A stretch of 64,000 nt of DNA from Macrostomum lignano (taxonomy: Eukaryota), in contig NIVC01001462.1 in NCBI GenBank assembly GCA_002269645.1, positions 62,001-126,000 on the forward strand, written 5' to 3'. Position numbers and translations under genes: made by a program. Below the pieces are notes generated by a model, which was not told where the DNA came from, did not search any database, and worked only from the letters and a program-made list of their open reading frames with translations. Positions 49,272-62,354 of this stretch are shown piece by piece; the first letter of the stretch is position 1, and each line of letters begins with the position of its first letter.

Positions 49272-52200
49272 CTCGCGTGCGTCAAGAGAAAAATAAAGTT
49301 TCGTAGCTCTGCGTTGAGTAGAAGTGTCTGTCAGCGAATGTCAAGCTGGACCCCCAAAATACACTACGGAGATAGGAACACAGTTTGCAGGTGAATAACT
49401 CGTACAGGCTTTAAGCTAGGGTGCTGATTTTTTACTTGCCAACGCATCTCGCGTGCGTCAAAAGAAAAATAAAGTTTTGTAGCTCTGCGTTGAGTAGAAG
49501 TGTCTGTCAGCGAATGTCAAGCTGGACCCCTAAAATACACTATGGAGATAGGAACACAGTTTGCAGGTGAATAACTCGTACAGGCTTTAAGCTAGGGTGC
49601 CGATTTTTGACTTGCCAACGCATCTCGTGTGCGTCAAGAGAAAAATAAAGTTTTGTAGCTCTGCGTTGAGTAGAAGTGTCTGTCAGCGAATGTCAAGCTG
49701 GACCCCCAAAATACACTACGGAGATAGGAACACAGTTTGCAGGTGAATAACTCGTACAGGCTTTAAGCTAGGGTGCTGATTTTTGACTTGCCAACGCATC
49801 TCGCGTGCGTCAAGAGAAAAAAAAAGTTTCGTAGCTCTGCGTTGAGTAGAAGTGTCTGTCAGCGAATGTCAAGCTGGACCCCCAAAATACACTACGGAGA
49901 TAGGAACACAGTTTGCAGGTGAATAACTCGTACAGGCTTTAAGCTAGGGTGCTGATTTTTGACTTGCCAACGCATTTCGCGTGCGTCAAGATAAAAATAA
50001 AGTTTCGTAGCTCTGCGTTGAGTAGAAGTGTCTGTCAGCGAATGTCAAGCTGGACCCTCAAAATACACTACGGAGATAGGAACACAGTTTGCAGGTGAAT
50101 AACTCGTACAGGCTTTAAGCTAGGGTGCTGATTTTTGACTTGCCAACGCATCTCGCGTGCGTCAAGAGAAAAATAAAGTTTCGTAGCTCTGCGTTGAGTA
50201 GAAGTGTCTGTCAGCGAATGTCAAGCTGGACCCCCAAAATACACTACGGAGATAGGAACACAGTTTGCAGGTGAATAACTCATACAGGCTTTAAGCTAGG
50301 GTGCTGATTTTTGACTTGCCAACGCATCTCGCGTGCGTCAAGAGAAAAATAAAGTTTCGTAGCTCTGCGTTGAGTAGAAGTGTCTGTCAGCGAATGTCAA
50401 GCTGGACCCCCAAAATACACTACGGAGATAGGAACACAGTTTGCAGGTGAATAACTCGTACAGGCTTTAAGCTAGGGTGCTGATTTTTGACTTACCAATG
50501 CATTTCGCGTGCGTCAAGATAAAAATAAAGTTTCGTAGCTCTGCGTTGAGTAGAAGTGTCTGTCAGCGAATGTCAAGCTGGACCCCCAAAATACACTACG
50601 GAGATAGGAACACAGTTTGCAGGTGAATAACTCGTACAGGCTTTAAGCTAGGGTGCTGATTTTTGACTTGCCAACGCATCTCGCGTGCGTCAAGAGAAAA
50701 ATAAAGTTTCGTAGCTCTGCGTTGAGTAGAAGTGTCTGTCAGCGAATGTCAAGCTGGACCCCCAAAATACACTACGGAGATAGGAACACAGTTTGCAGGT
50801 GAATAACTCATACAGGCTTTAAGCTAGGGTGCTGATTTTTGACTTGCCAACGCATCTCGCGTGCGTCAAGAGAAAAATAAAGTTTCGTAGCTCTGCGTTG
50901 AGTAGAAGTGTCTGTCAGCGAATGTCAAGCTGGACCCCCAAAATACACTACGGAGATAGGAACACAGTTTGCAGGTGAATAACTCGTACAGGCTTTAAGC
51001 TAGGGTGCTGATTTTTGACTTACCAACGCATCTCGCGTGCGTCAAGAGAAAAATAAAGTTTCATAGCTCTGCGTTGAGTAGAAGTGTCTGTCAGCGAATG
51101 TCAAGCTGGACCCCCAAAATATACTACGGAGATAGGAACACAGTTTGCAGGTGAATAACTCGTACAGGCTTTAAGCTAGGGTGCTGATTTTTGACTTGCC
51201 AACGCATCTCGCGTGCGTCAAGAGAAAAATAAAGTTTCGTAGCTCTGCGTTGAGTAGAAGTGTCTGTCAGCGAATGTCAAGCTGGACCCCCAAAATACAC
51301 TACGGAGATAGGAACACAGTTTGCAGGTGAATAACTCGTACAGGCTTTAAGCTAGGGTGCTGATTTTTGACTTGCCAACGCATTTCGCGTGCGTCAAGAT
51401 AAAAATAAAGTTTCGTAGCTCTGCGTTGAGTAGAAGTGTCTATCAGCGAATGTCAAGCTGGACCCCCAAAATACACTACGGAGATAGGAACACAGTTTGC
51501 AGGTGAATAACTCGTACAGGCTTTAAGCTAGGGTGCTGATTTTTGACTTGCCAACGCATCTTGCGTGCGTCAAGAGAAAAATAAAGTTTCGTAGCTCTGC
51601 GTTGAGTAGAAGTGTCTGTCAGCGAATGTCAAGCTGGACCCCCAAAATACACTACGGAGATAGGAACACAGTTTGCAGGTGAATAACTCGTACAGGCTTT
51701 AAGCTAGGGTGCTGATTTTTGACTTGCCAACGCATCTCGCGTGCGTCAAGAGAAAAATAAAGTTTCGTAGCTCTGCGTTGAGTAGAAGTGTCTGTCAGCG
51801 AATGTCAAGCTGGACCCCCAAAATACACTACGGAGATAGGAACACAGTTTGCAGGTGAATAACTCGTACAGGCTTTAAGCTAGGGTGCTGATTTTTGACT
51901 TGCTAATGCATCTCACGTGCGTCAAGAGAAAAATAAAGTTTCGTAGCTCTGCGTTGAGTAGAAGTGTCTGTCAGCGAATGTCAAGCTGGACCCCCAAAAT
52001 ACACTACGGAGATAGGAACACAGTTTGCAGGTGAATAACTCGTACAGGCTTTAAGCTAGGGTGCTGATTTTTGACTTACCAACGCATCTCGCGTGCGTCA
52101 AGAGAAAAATAAAGTTTCATAGCTCTGCGTTGAGTAGAAGTGTCTGTCAGCGAATGTCAAGCTGGACCCCCAAAATACACTACGGAGATAGGAACACAGT

Positions 52201-52306
52201 TTGCAGGTGAATAACTCGTACAGGCTTTAAGCTAGGGTGCTGATTTTTTACTTGCCAACGCATCTCGTGTGCGTCAAGAGAAAAATAAAGTTTCGTAGCT
52301 CTGCGT
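49272..52306. repeat. 176-bp satellite, 17 full units plus a partial, followed by a diverged monomer to ~52400
   Basis: Unit starts at 49272, 49448, 49624 ... 52264. Confidence 0.97.
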
Positions 52307-52547
52307 GTATTTTAAGCCGTTTTGTTGAGTTGCATAATAATACACTAAGGAGATAGGAACAAACTTTATATGTGAATAATTTGTACAGTCTATTTTTTAA
52401 TGCCGAGATATTTTACGTAGTTTTTTTTCTTGATTGCGTCAAAGTTTTTGTAAAATTTTAAAGCGTTTCGTTCAAGTAAAGAAAAGTTACAGCGGCTTTG
52501 TTAAAATTTGAATGTGAATCTGAATGTCAATCGGGAAATGAATACGT

Positions 52548-53512
52548 CACCGGATCCAATGTTGACTTTCGTCACCTCTCTCACCTCATTATAGTAAGGG
52601 CAGGGGCCTAGGGTAGACACAAATATTTTAATCTGTAAAATGTTGGAAAGATTAACTTTTGCTGACACAGTTCGACTAGTGTTTTTGACTCAAATTGTCT
52701 GAAAGGGTATATTTTTTCAAACAGATGACCATGTGTATAATAATTTGTCCATTTTTGCAAATTAATAGACATGATTGCTTAGACTAGGCAAGAGACAGAG
52801 ACTGAGACTACTTGCAATTGCAGTGTGTCAGTGTATAGGCGAGTAGCTACAGTTGTGTTGCACATCGTTTGCTTTAATTGATATTGATGTTAGCTGGCAT
52901 TTTGTTTTGTCTAATCATGCCCTAGTCTTTGATTTTATATTGATTTGTCTAGGCCTACCATAAGCCTAGTTTGAAGGGAAAATGTATGCCTGGATTTCCC
53001 AGCATACGATACAACAAGGGTCTTACCATTTTCAATATATATCAGGGTATATCCCGATGTACATGACAGCGGACACATTGTGTCAAATGACACATTTTTG
53101 TATTGGCATATCAACCTGGTATAGGCCTACAAATCAAATGAGGTTTTGTTATGTTTTCCAGCATTAAACCCAGTTTCATTCTATATTCAATTCAAAGTGA
53201 CAAAATGAAAGAACATACAAAAGCAATAAATATAATCTAATAGCTAAAGCATAGGCAGGAATCTAATTTATTATACTTTTAGGACTTAATATAATTTTAC
53301 TTCATTTGAAGTCTATAGCAGTTTTTTTAGGTGTTTTGTAGTCCATTGTGGTCCATTGCATCCATTGCAGTGTTTACATGGACTATAAGACAATGGCTAG
53401 CCAGATTTCTAGTATTGAAACCTATTTTCTAATGCTAATAGCTATGGATCTAGCACTAGAAATGGTAGGCCTATTCTAGCAGTGCAATTTATATATAATA
53501 AAGTAAAAACTT
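52548..53512. repeat. Long direct repeat copy 2 (965 bp)
   Basis: See copy 1; offset 4262 bp. Confidence 0.95.
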
Positions 53513-56467
53513 AATAATGGCTAATAGATATTAAACCCAAGATTTTTAGGGGTTGCAAAATATTGAGATAGAGCAGGGGCCAAGAAAATAAATTTTTGGC
53601 AAATAAAAGTCAGTTGGTTGGTTGCTGTTGCTGTCACCAATAAAGTGGGACGGTTTTAAACTTTGAATTTCTACCAACATTGAGATTGAGTTTGCACAAA
53701 TAATTCTAAATAATTGTTTAGACAAATCATAGGCCTAACAAAATTTTCTCCTGTTTACTCTAGCTACCAGGGTTTTCAATTCTGGGAAGAAGGTAGTCAT
53801 AATCACAATTGAGTAATCATCAATGGGCACAGTTGTTTAGATAGTAGACACCAAGGTCTTGATATCATAAGTTAATGTATGTCAATTTGCTTCGTCTATT
53901 TCTTTTAGTAGAGTAGTACTGCTACCAAAATTTTATATTATAAAATGTTGAAATCTTTTAGCTCACTTGGAGTTGAGATTAATTTGGTTGTTTAATACCC
54001 TATTGACAAATGACTTAAGATAAGCTATAATGCTTTGACTAACTAATGAAAATAAATATTGGTTATTGCTGATTATTAATGGCTAAATAAGAATTGCTCA
54101 TATAGCAGTTTAATAAAAAGGCTATTAGTTGTTGTTAAAACTGACAAAAGATAGATTTCAGGCAATGCCAAGGGTGCAAATTAATGAGCTATCAAACTAT
54201 TAAAACAAAACTAGAAACATAAAAAATGAGGGACAAGGAAAATGAGCATAGAAAAAAAACATGACAGATAAGTTTGGTTAATAAATATGGTACGCAGAAT
54301 AAAATAATAGAATGGGGCAGGAGATGGCTCAGCTAGTAGGGCAGGCAATGGGGCAACTAAAAGGAAAACAAGGCCAATGGAACCAGCAAGAAAAGCAAGG
54401 GCCAAACAAAGGCAAGGAGGGGCCAAAAGAGGGAACATAAGAGGTCAATAGAGGGGGAAACAAATGGTTATGACAGATTTGAGTCCAGAAGCCAGAAACT
54501 TTCCCAAATGGTAGTCCTCGCTACCACAACATCATATTTTTGAAATAATATCTATGCTTTTAAGATAATAGATAAAATTGAGAATCAAAATTAAGTCTAG
54601 TTAAGATCTAAAAGTGCTTATTTCATAATTTTTTAATGTGTAAAATGATAATAAGTTTCTAATAAAAGGAAAAACAAATATTATATTTTATAGGCCCTAA
54701 TATTAAACTTGTTAGGCCTTAGTCACTTGTTTTGATGTTTATCTAATGTAGATATAATAATATTATAGTAAACAATAGTCACAGTTACTAATCTTGACTT
54801 TTTAGATCTAAAACTAAGATCAGCATAGAAAAAGTGCCAAGACTCTATTAAAAGCCATAGTTTGGAAGGCAACTTATTTGCTAGGATTTTTCAGCAAATA
54901 ACAACTAACAAGGCAGGGTAGAGGGCCTACTTGCCTTTTTCAATGTATGTTATGTAAGTATATCTTAGCATATAGATACATGACACAGCAGAAACATTGT
55001 GTTAATAATATATTTTTTAGTTCTAGTATACAAACAAGGTCTTATAATTTTTGCCATTAGACCCAGTATATAATAATATATAATCCAAACTATAAAGTAG
55101 ATTCTATTACATGGAAGATAACTAACTGCCTTCAGTAGGAAGCATTGCCAAATCTATAGCCATCTAGAACTTTAGCTATTACTCCTTAATAGAGCTAATG
55201 CAACATTTTAATAGGCCTAGCTATTGTTAAGTTAAGTATCCTGCATTTTTTAATTTTTGTTTTATTTAGAAAATAGTTTATTTAAACTTAACAACTTTTT
55301 TACTTTTATTTTGTACTTTAGAGTAGATTAGGCTATTTCAAAGTATTAAAGTAGATTTAAGTTAAAATTTAAGGGTATTACCTGGCATTTTTTGGGACCA
55401 AAAGTTTTTTGTCTTAAATATATTTTGGGATATGCATGCCATGATCTTAATTTATAGGCCTAATAAAAAAATTTAAAGTTGAACTTCAAATGTAGTTAAA
55501 CTGAATATATAATAGTGCATCATAAAAAATAAGAAAAAAATCTTATAATTTTTATTACCTACCCAATCTTAAAAAAATTATTTTTATAGACAAGTAAGAT
55601 TATCAAGTAAAATAACAAATTTACTAAAATGTCTTTCAAAATCTTTTTAGAGTCCTAAAATATAGTATATGGCATCATATTTATTTATAATTATTTTACA
55701 TTTTTGTTTCTTTTAAAGTATGTATTTCAACAGTCTACTAAATAACTAAAAGTTAATAAACAAGTTTTTAAAGGAGCAAACTAATTTGCATAAAGAATTA
55801 AGGGAAAGTTAATTTGCATTGGTCAAAACTAGGTTGCATAGACAATATTATTTAACATGCTTGGGCGCAACCTAGGGTTCACATGTAAGTTGCTATTATA
55901 CAGAATAGTAGTCACATGACTGCTCTCAGCCAATAGCGACTTACATATGTGTGTTGCCAATAGAAATGGCTGGGTGAATCCCAAGGTTGTGCATGTATGT
56001 TATTTAAGTAAATTGTTACTCATATTAACACTGAAATTGAGGCTAAATTTAATGTAAAGTATTAAAACTGTCGTATTTTTCTTAGAACTTCTTATCAAAG
56101 AATAGCTCTAGGTTTCTGCCATTTGTGGCATTGTGGATGTATTCATTTTTCCATAAAATGACAAATCCTTCTAATAACCTTACATATTAACATTAACTTG
56201 CATTTCTGTTCCTTAACCTTAAAATAATATGATCTATGATGTACAAAACATTTCCCTTGCTCATTTTGTGTCTTGTCCTAAATATTAGACTCCTAGACTA
56301 GATATATAAAACAACAATAAAAGAAGTTCTTTGTAGCACCAATCTATACTTTTTTATTTAATTTATTCAGGTGTTAGACCAATTCAAGGACTTGGTTTAA
56401 ATTTTCTATCTGCTTGTTTCATTCATGCACATTTGAAGAAAAGATTTTTGACAAGACTTTAATCATC

Positions 56468-58647
56468 ATGTCTTTACTGGAGACTTATGAGCAGCAGTTT
56501 GGCATAACTATTGCCGAAATTACTAGTAAAATTAATCAGATATCTCGAATTTCCGATCCAGGTATATGTTTCCTATTGGCTAATCTATTGTATAAAAACT
56601 AATTGACCCTAAAGTCCCTGATTTGCACTTGACAGTACACCTTAGAGATTAGATGACATATTAGAATATATCAGCATAACACCTGGCATCACCCCTGGAT
56701 GATATCAAATAGCCCTGACATCACCCCTAGATAACATCAAAAGCACGTGACATCACCCCTAGATAGCATCAAAAGCACGTGACATCACCCCTAGATAACA
56801 TTAGAAGCACCTGACATCACCCCTAGATAACATTAGAAGCACCTGACATCACCCCTAGATAACATTAGAAGCACCTGACATCACCCCTAGATAGCATCAA
56901 AAGCACGTGACATCACCCCTAGATAATATTAGAAGCACCTGACATCACCCCTAGATAGCATCAAAAGCACGTGACATCACCCCTAGATAACATCAGAAGC
57001 ACCTGACATCACCCCTAGATAGCATCAAAAGCACGTGACATCACCCCTAGATAACATTAGAAGCACCTGACATCACCCCTAGATAACATTAGAAGCACCT
57101 GACATCACCCCTAGATAACATTAGAAGCACCTGACATCACCCCTAGATAGCATCAAAAGCACGTGACATCACCCCTAGATAATATTAGAAGCACCTGACA
57201 TCACCCCTAGATAGCATCAAAAGCACGTGACATCACCCCTAGATAACATTAGAAGCACCTGACATCACCCCTAGATAATATTAGAAGCACCTGACATCAC
57301 CCCTAGATAGCATTAGAAGCACCTGACATCACCCCTAGATAACATCAGAAGCACCTGACACCCCGCAGACGAACGCCAGTCAGCGGAGTCCCAAGCCGAG
57401 CGCCTGTTTGCAGAAGCTCGCGAAACTCTGGAACAATTGGAATTGGAGACTCGCTCGCAGCCGCCCTCAATCAGGCAGAAGTACTCCACTAGATTGCAGA
57501 GTTACACCGCTGAGCAGAAAAAGTTGGAGAATGATTTCAAACAGGCTAAAGACTTCGCGCAGAGGCAGCAGCAACGAGATGAATTATTCTCTTCAGGTAA
57601 GGTTTTAATATCAGTTTTTTGTGTCTCATATCCCTCATGTCCTTCACGGCTTCACGAAAGGTAATGCACTGGGTTCCTTCAGGGAGGGTGACACCCAGAT
57701 CCTCAGGGATTGTGATTTCCTCAGATCCTTCAGGGAGTGTGATGCCCTCAGATCCTTTAGGGAGTGTGATGCCCTCAGATCCTTCAGGGAGTGTGATGCC
57801 CTCAGATCCTTCAGGGAGTGTGATGCCCTCAGATCCTTCAGGGAGTGTGATGCCCTCAGATCCTTTAGGGAGTGTGATGCCCTCAGATCCTTCAGGGAGT
57901 GTGATGCCCTCAGATCCTTTAGGGAGTGTGATGCCCTCAGATCCTTCAGGGAGTGTGATGCCCTCAGATCCTTTAGGGAGTGTGATGCCCTCAGATCCTT
58001 CAGGGAGTGTGATGCCCTCAGATCCTTTAGGGAGTGTGATGCCCTCAGATCCTTCAGGGAGTGTGATGCCCTCAGATCCTTTAGGGAGTGTGATGCCCTC
58101 AGATCCTTCAGGGAGTGTGATGCCCTCAGTTGTTACTGATTAAGTAGCAGAAGACTTGTGTTATTGTTGCAACCACTCACACTGACAACAAAGTTAAATA
58201 AACTCATCAATAAAAACCGCAGGCGCCGACGATAACAATTATCACGCGGCCTCTGAGTACCGGGCGCGCCTGCTTGACAACACGGAACGGTTAGAACGAA
58301 CCGGCCGGCGCATGGAAGAAGGCCTCGGCAGTGTGTATGAGACCGAGCGAGTTGGCAGGGACATTCTGGCTGACTTGGCTAGCCAACGAGAGACCCTGAC
58401 CCGCAGTAGGGACAAGCTTAAATCCACTAATCAAGACCTGGGCTCAAGCAGTCGCATACTGGGCGGTATGATGCGCCGAGTGGTGCAGAATCGAGCTCTG
58501 CTGCTGCTCATTCTCGGCGTCATGCTGCTGGTGATCGGGGCCGTGCTGTACGTGGCATTGAAGCCGCGCACTCTTCATATTGGCGCCGATTCGGCAACTT
58601 CGACAACTCCGACTAAACTGCCAGTGGCTCCGGCGCCTGTGCCGTGA
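56468..58647 (+). CDS. VTI1A: Qb-SNARE VTI1A; exons 56468-56561, 57369-57596, 58223-58647
   Basis: ETYEQQFGITIAEITSKI, LEQLELETR, RARLLDNTERLERTGRR, ETERVGRDILADL..QRETL.R.R..L, LG.SSRILGGMMRRVVQNR plus TM helix; phase-1 introns. Confidence 0.92.
56680..57360. repeat. 32-bp minisatellite, VTI1A intron 1
   Basis: GACATCACCCCTAGATAACATTAGAAGCACCT, period 32. Confidence 0.95.
57700..58128. repeat. 27-bp minisatellite, VTI1A intron 2
   Basis: CCTT(C/T)AGGGAGTGTGATGCCCTCAGAT, period 27. Confidence 0.95.
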
Positions 58648-58849
58648 TTAGCGGTTGAATAACCTACCGTATTTATTATCAGTCACTTAAATCGCTTGCG
58701 CACTGCAGGAGGTATGGATTATTGATTTTTGTCTGTCTGCAAACTTTTATTGAAGTCGAGATTTTTTAATTCATTGTCAAATCTTTTCATTTATGTGTCC
58801 GATAGAAGTTATCATCTGCTGCTTAAAATAACAATCTAAACCCACCAAT

Positions 58850-59465
58850 GAGAATCGCCCCTTATCTACTATATGATCATCGCCCCTTATCTACTATATG
58901 AGCATCGCCCCTTATCTACTATATGAGAATCGCCCCTTATCTACTATATGAGAATCGCCCCTTATCTACTATATGAGAATCGCCCCTTATCTACTATATG
59001 AGCATCGCCCCTTATCTACTATATGAGAATCGCCCCTTATCTACTATATGAGAATCGCCCCTTATCTACTATATGAGCATCGCCCCTTATCTACTATATG
59101 AGAATCGCCCCTTATCTACTATATGAGAATCGCCCCTTATCTACTATATGAGAATCGCCCCTTATCTACTATATGAGAATTGCCCCTTATCTACTATATG
59201 AGAATCGCCCCTTATCTACTATATGAGAATCGCCCCTTATCTACTATGTGAGAATCGCCCCTTATCTACTATGTGAGAATCGCCCCTTATCTACTATATG
59301 AGAATCGCCCCTTATCTACTGTGAGAATCGCCCCTTATCTACTATGTGAGAATCGCCCCTTATCTACTATATGAGAATCGCCCCTTATCTACTATATGAG
59401 AATCGCCCCTTATCTACTGTGAGAATCGCTCTTATCTACCATATGAGAATCGCCCCTTATCTACC
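58850..59465. repeat. 25-bp minisatellite downstream of VTI1A
   Basis: GAGAATCGCCCCTTATCTACTATAT, period 25. Confidence 0.95.
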
Positions 59466-60611
59466 ACAAAAACTGCTGTTTTAACCATCGAATCTCATTT
59501 CGGTGTCAGATAAAACTGTTTGCGTCTTTTGCTGACTTCTTCATAATCCCAACTATGAAGTGACACTAAATTTTAAGTAAATTATTGATCTTGATTCTTC
59601 GCTTACTAGAAGTAGTAATGTGAGCTTATTTTTGTGTCGGTTTTAATTAGTTCAGTGTCTTTAGTCTGCAAAGCTCTATAGTATGTGTACATAGGTAACA
59701 GTATATGTAAATCAAATTTGTTTTAATATAAAATTGCACTTTACCTTATCTACACTTACAGTCTGTTTATTTTATACATATAGATAGTTCTCTGTGTTGT
59801 GCGAGACACTCTACTCAAGTGCACAAATATCTTATTGGCGTAATGATAACTATTCTATTATGCTTGTTTGCCTCAGTTAATTCTACCTGTATCTGTATCT
59901 GTAACAAGTTTCCACACCGAATCCAAGTCTAGCCATAGCGCTACTCCACTCCCTCCTCACCAGCCTAAGTTGGGGCCTCCTTGTGACGCAAATTGCATCC
60001 TTCACAGTTTAAGACGAGAACCGCTAGCGTATAGTGTGAATTGCGTCACTTGCGTCATTTGAGATCTGAGAAGGCACTAGTTTCGGTGTGGAAACTTTAC
60101 TCATATTGCTGAGTGTACTTTTGTGTCACGTGTCTGTCTGTACCCTGTGTTTGCCATTTTGTCTACACATGCATTAGAAATATAATTGAGCATATAAAGT
60201 GATCGAAAACCAAAATAATTGGTTGAATTCTCTGTGTACTTGCAATTGCAATAAATCAATGCGATACTACTGAGACAGTGGTTTGTGCTTTATTTGTCAT
60301 CACTATTATTCATTCGTAGTCGCTAAAGAGAACGAAAATCTGCTCTTGCGCTATTGTTAGTAGTTTTATAGGTTTGTTAAAGCTTTACGGGGTTTCCTAT
60401 AATTACCCAGAGCAGTTGAGTTCTCAAGGAAGCATAATTGTGTTTGTTAATTTCATCTGCGTTATTCAGGATGTTCGTGTTTAACTTAGAAACTTAGGTA
60501 GGTTAAGGAGAAATTAATTAGTGTAATGATTATTTTGGTTGCTCAAGAGGCGAGGAGGTCTGCCTTAACAACGGGGAGTCAAGCCCAAGCACATCATAAG
60601 AAATAGTAGCG

Positions 60612-60850
60612 ACAGGGGCCATTCTGCCGCGCCGACTCCCCTGAGCAGGCACACAATATACGTACACAGTCTTCGCAAACAGGCACACACAGGAGTGTAC
60701 AGCTGCCCTAACTTTATTTATCGTTAGGCATGTGCACATTAATGTATGTGCCTTGGGGGTTGATGAGATTTCAATGTAGCCCCAAATTAATGTGACTGCA
60801 AATTGGAATCGAGCCTGGGCCGCTGGCACAGCAGAGCACCGCGCCAGACC
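60612..60850 (-). mobile_element. SINE family A, deleted copy
   Basis: Shares GCCGACTCCCCTGAGCAGGCACAC...CCCCAAATTAATGTGACTGCA...ATCGAGCCTGGGCCGCT with other copies. Confidence 0.75.
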
Positions 60851-62114
60851 ATCACTAGACCCTGTTAAACTATCTTTTTTACAATGAATAAAACCACTAC
60901 TGTTATTGTACAAAAAAGTTTTTGCGTATTGAGAGGCATAGCTTATTTTTAAAGCTATAGCTGTCAGAATGAAGGTTGCGCCACATACAGTTTCATATAT
61001 AAAAAGTTAATAGGTTAGGTTCAATTTTACGTCTTTGGAAAATCATTTTCTTTCTGCTTGGCATTGGTTTTCGCATTGTAACTTAGCTTACAAGCAACGT
61101 ACCAATCTCAGCCAACCCATAGCGAGTAATGTTAGCCATAGCTGGGTTTTGACCATAGACAGTAGGACCTAGTGGCTAACTTCGGGCTACCATATAGGCT
61201 CTTACAAGCTCCGATCTGACCAAGAAAAAACTTGTCTATGGCCTCAAGCAACCGAAATTTCTCGTCTTTTTAGCGTTGAACAATCAGATTCGCTTTATCG
61301 TTGAACAATTATGGATTGTTCAACGCCGATCAAAAGCGTACATCTATGAGACAATGTTGATGCGTATGTGGTTTGATCATAGACAATGATTAAGTTTCAC
61401 GAGTGGCGAAGCAAACATGATGCGAAGCATCCCTCAAACCACATACGCAACTATGTCCATACTCCCTGGACCTCATGATTTTTCCATAATAAATACGATC
61501 ATAGGCCCTATCTATAATACACAGTGACTAATCTATCATGGCCAAAATGTCCTAACATGGTTAACGGCTACCCTCGTACACGCACGCCGTCATGACGAAG
61601 CCTGTACTCTAACTTTTGTACACACAAGACGGTTAAAAATCAGAGCGTCACTTTCTAAAATTAGCAACGGCCCAAGCAGGGACAAGGGGGAGAATTTTTG
61701 AGTACTTATTTGAGCGTGCTCAAGCGGACCAAAAGGAGAGTCGATGGGTAGAGGGTAGCAAAGGGCAAGGGACGGCGAACAAATACTCGTACATATACAC
61801 ATGTAGATTGGACTGGTCTGAGAGGGGAAGGGCTGTGTGGGGAGACGGGTAGGGAGTTGACAACGGGCGGGCTCTTCACTCTTCCCCCTCTCTACCCCGC
61901 CCCGGCGAGGGAGGAGCGGAGGGTTGCTGGGGACTTGACTCGCATTTGGTATATTAATACACTGCTCTATATTAGACTGTGTAGACACTCAGCGAGATAG
62001 AAGTCTATCATAATAAACTGTCTTTACTTTAACAGGCCTGAGAGGCCACAAGAGAAACTGTAAGACATTCAACTTAAAAAAAATATTAATAACAAACTAT
62101 TTTATTGTTCACCA

Positions 62115-62292
62115 ATGCAGTCAATCAAGTGCGTGGTAGTTGGCGACGGAGCCGTGGGCAAGACCTGCCTGTTAATCTCGTACGCTACAAACCAGTTCCC
62201 CGAAGAGTACATACCCACAGTGTTCGACACCTACAGTGCCAACGTGATGGTGCAGCAAAAGTCCATCAACCTGTGTCTGTGGGATACTGCCG
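62115..62292 (+). CDS. Rac-like Rho GTPase, first coding exon (rest not found in window)
   Basis: [23 protein letters not shown]...YIPTVFD.YSANV...LWDTAG|gtaaga. Confidence 0.9.
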
Positions 62293-62354
62293 GTAAGATA
62301 GTCGTATATTTTTATGCATTAGTTACTCCCTAACTCAAATTATGAGGGCACCCT

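Noticed and set aside
49272-52306. 176-bp array as a spliced-leader RNA gene cluster (GCAG|GTGAAT donor plus GATTTTTGA Sm-like site ~35 nt downstream in most units)
   Set aside because: The putative leader does not end in AUG as flatworm SLs do, no convincing stem-loops were seen, and both motifs are short. Small-RNA data would be needed.
49272-52306. CRISPR array, or hammerhead ribozyme repeats (CTGACAGA...GAAAC on minus)
   Set aside because: No unique spacers and a eukaryotic context; the core deviates from CUGANGA and stems were not found.
48286-53512. LTR retrotransposon
   Set aside because: The direct repeats lack TG..CA ends, PBS/PPT, TSD and any gag/pol remnant.
40850-56400. Fungal contig or contaminant explaining the RIP-like pattern
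   Set aside because: The block is contiguous with animal-type genes on both sides, and the same bias appears inside their introns.
61270-61470. Short inverted repeats (GTTGAACAAT/ATTGTTCAAC; GCGTATGTGGTTTGA/TCAAACCACATACGC)
   Set aside because: Probably a MITE remnant; ends and TSD not definable.
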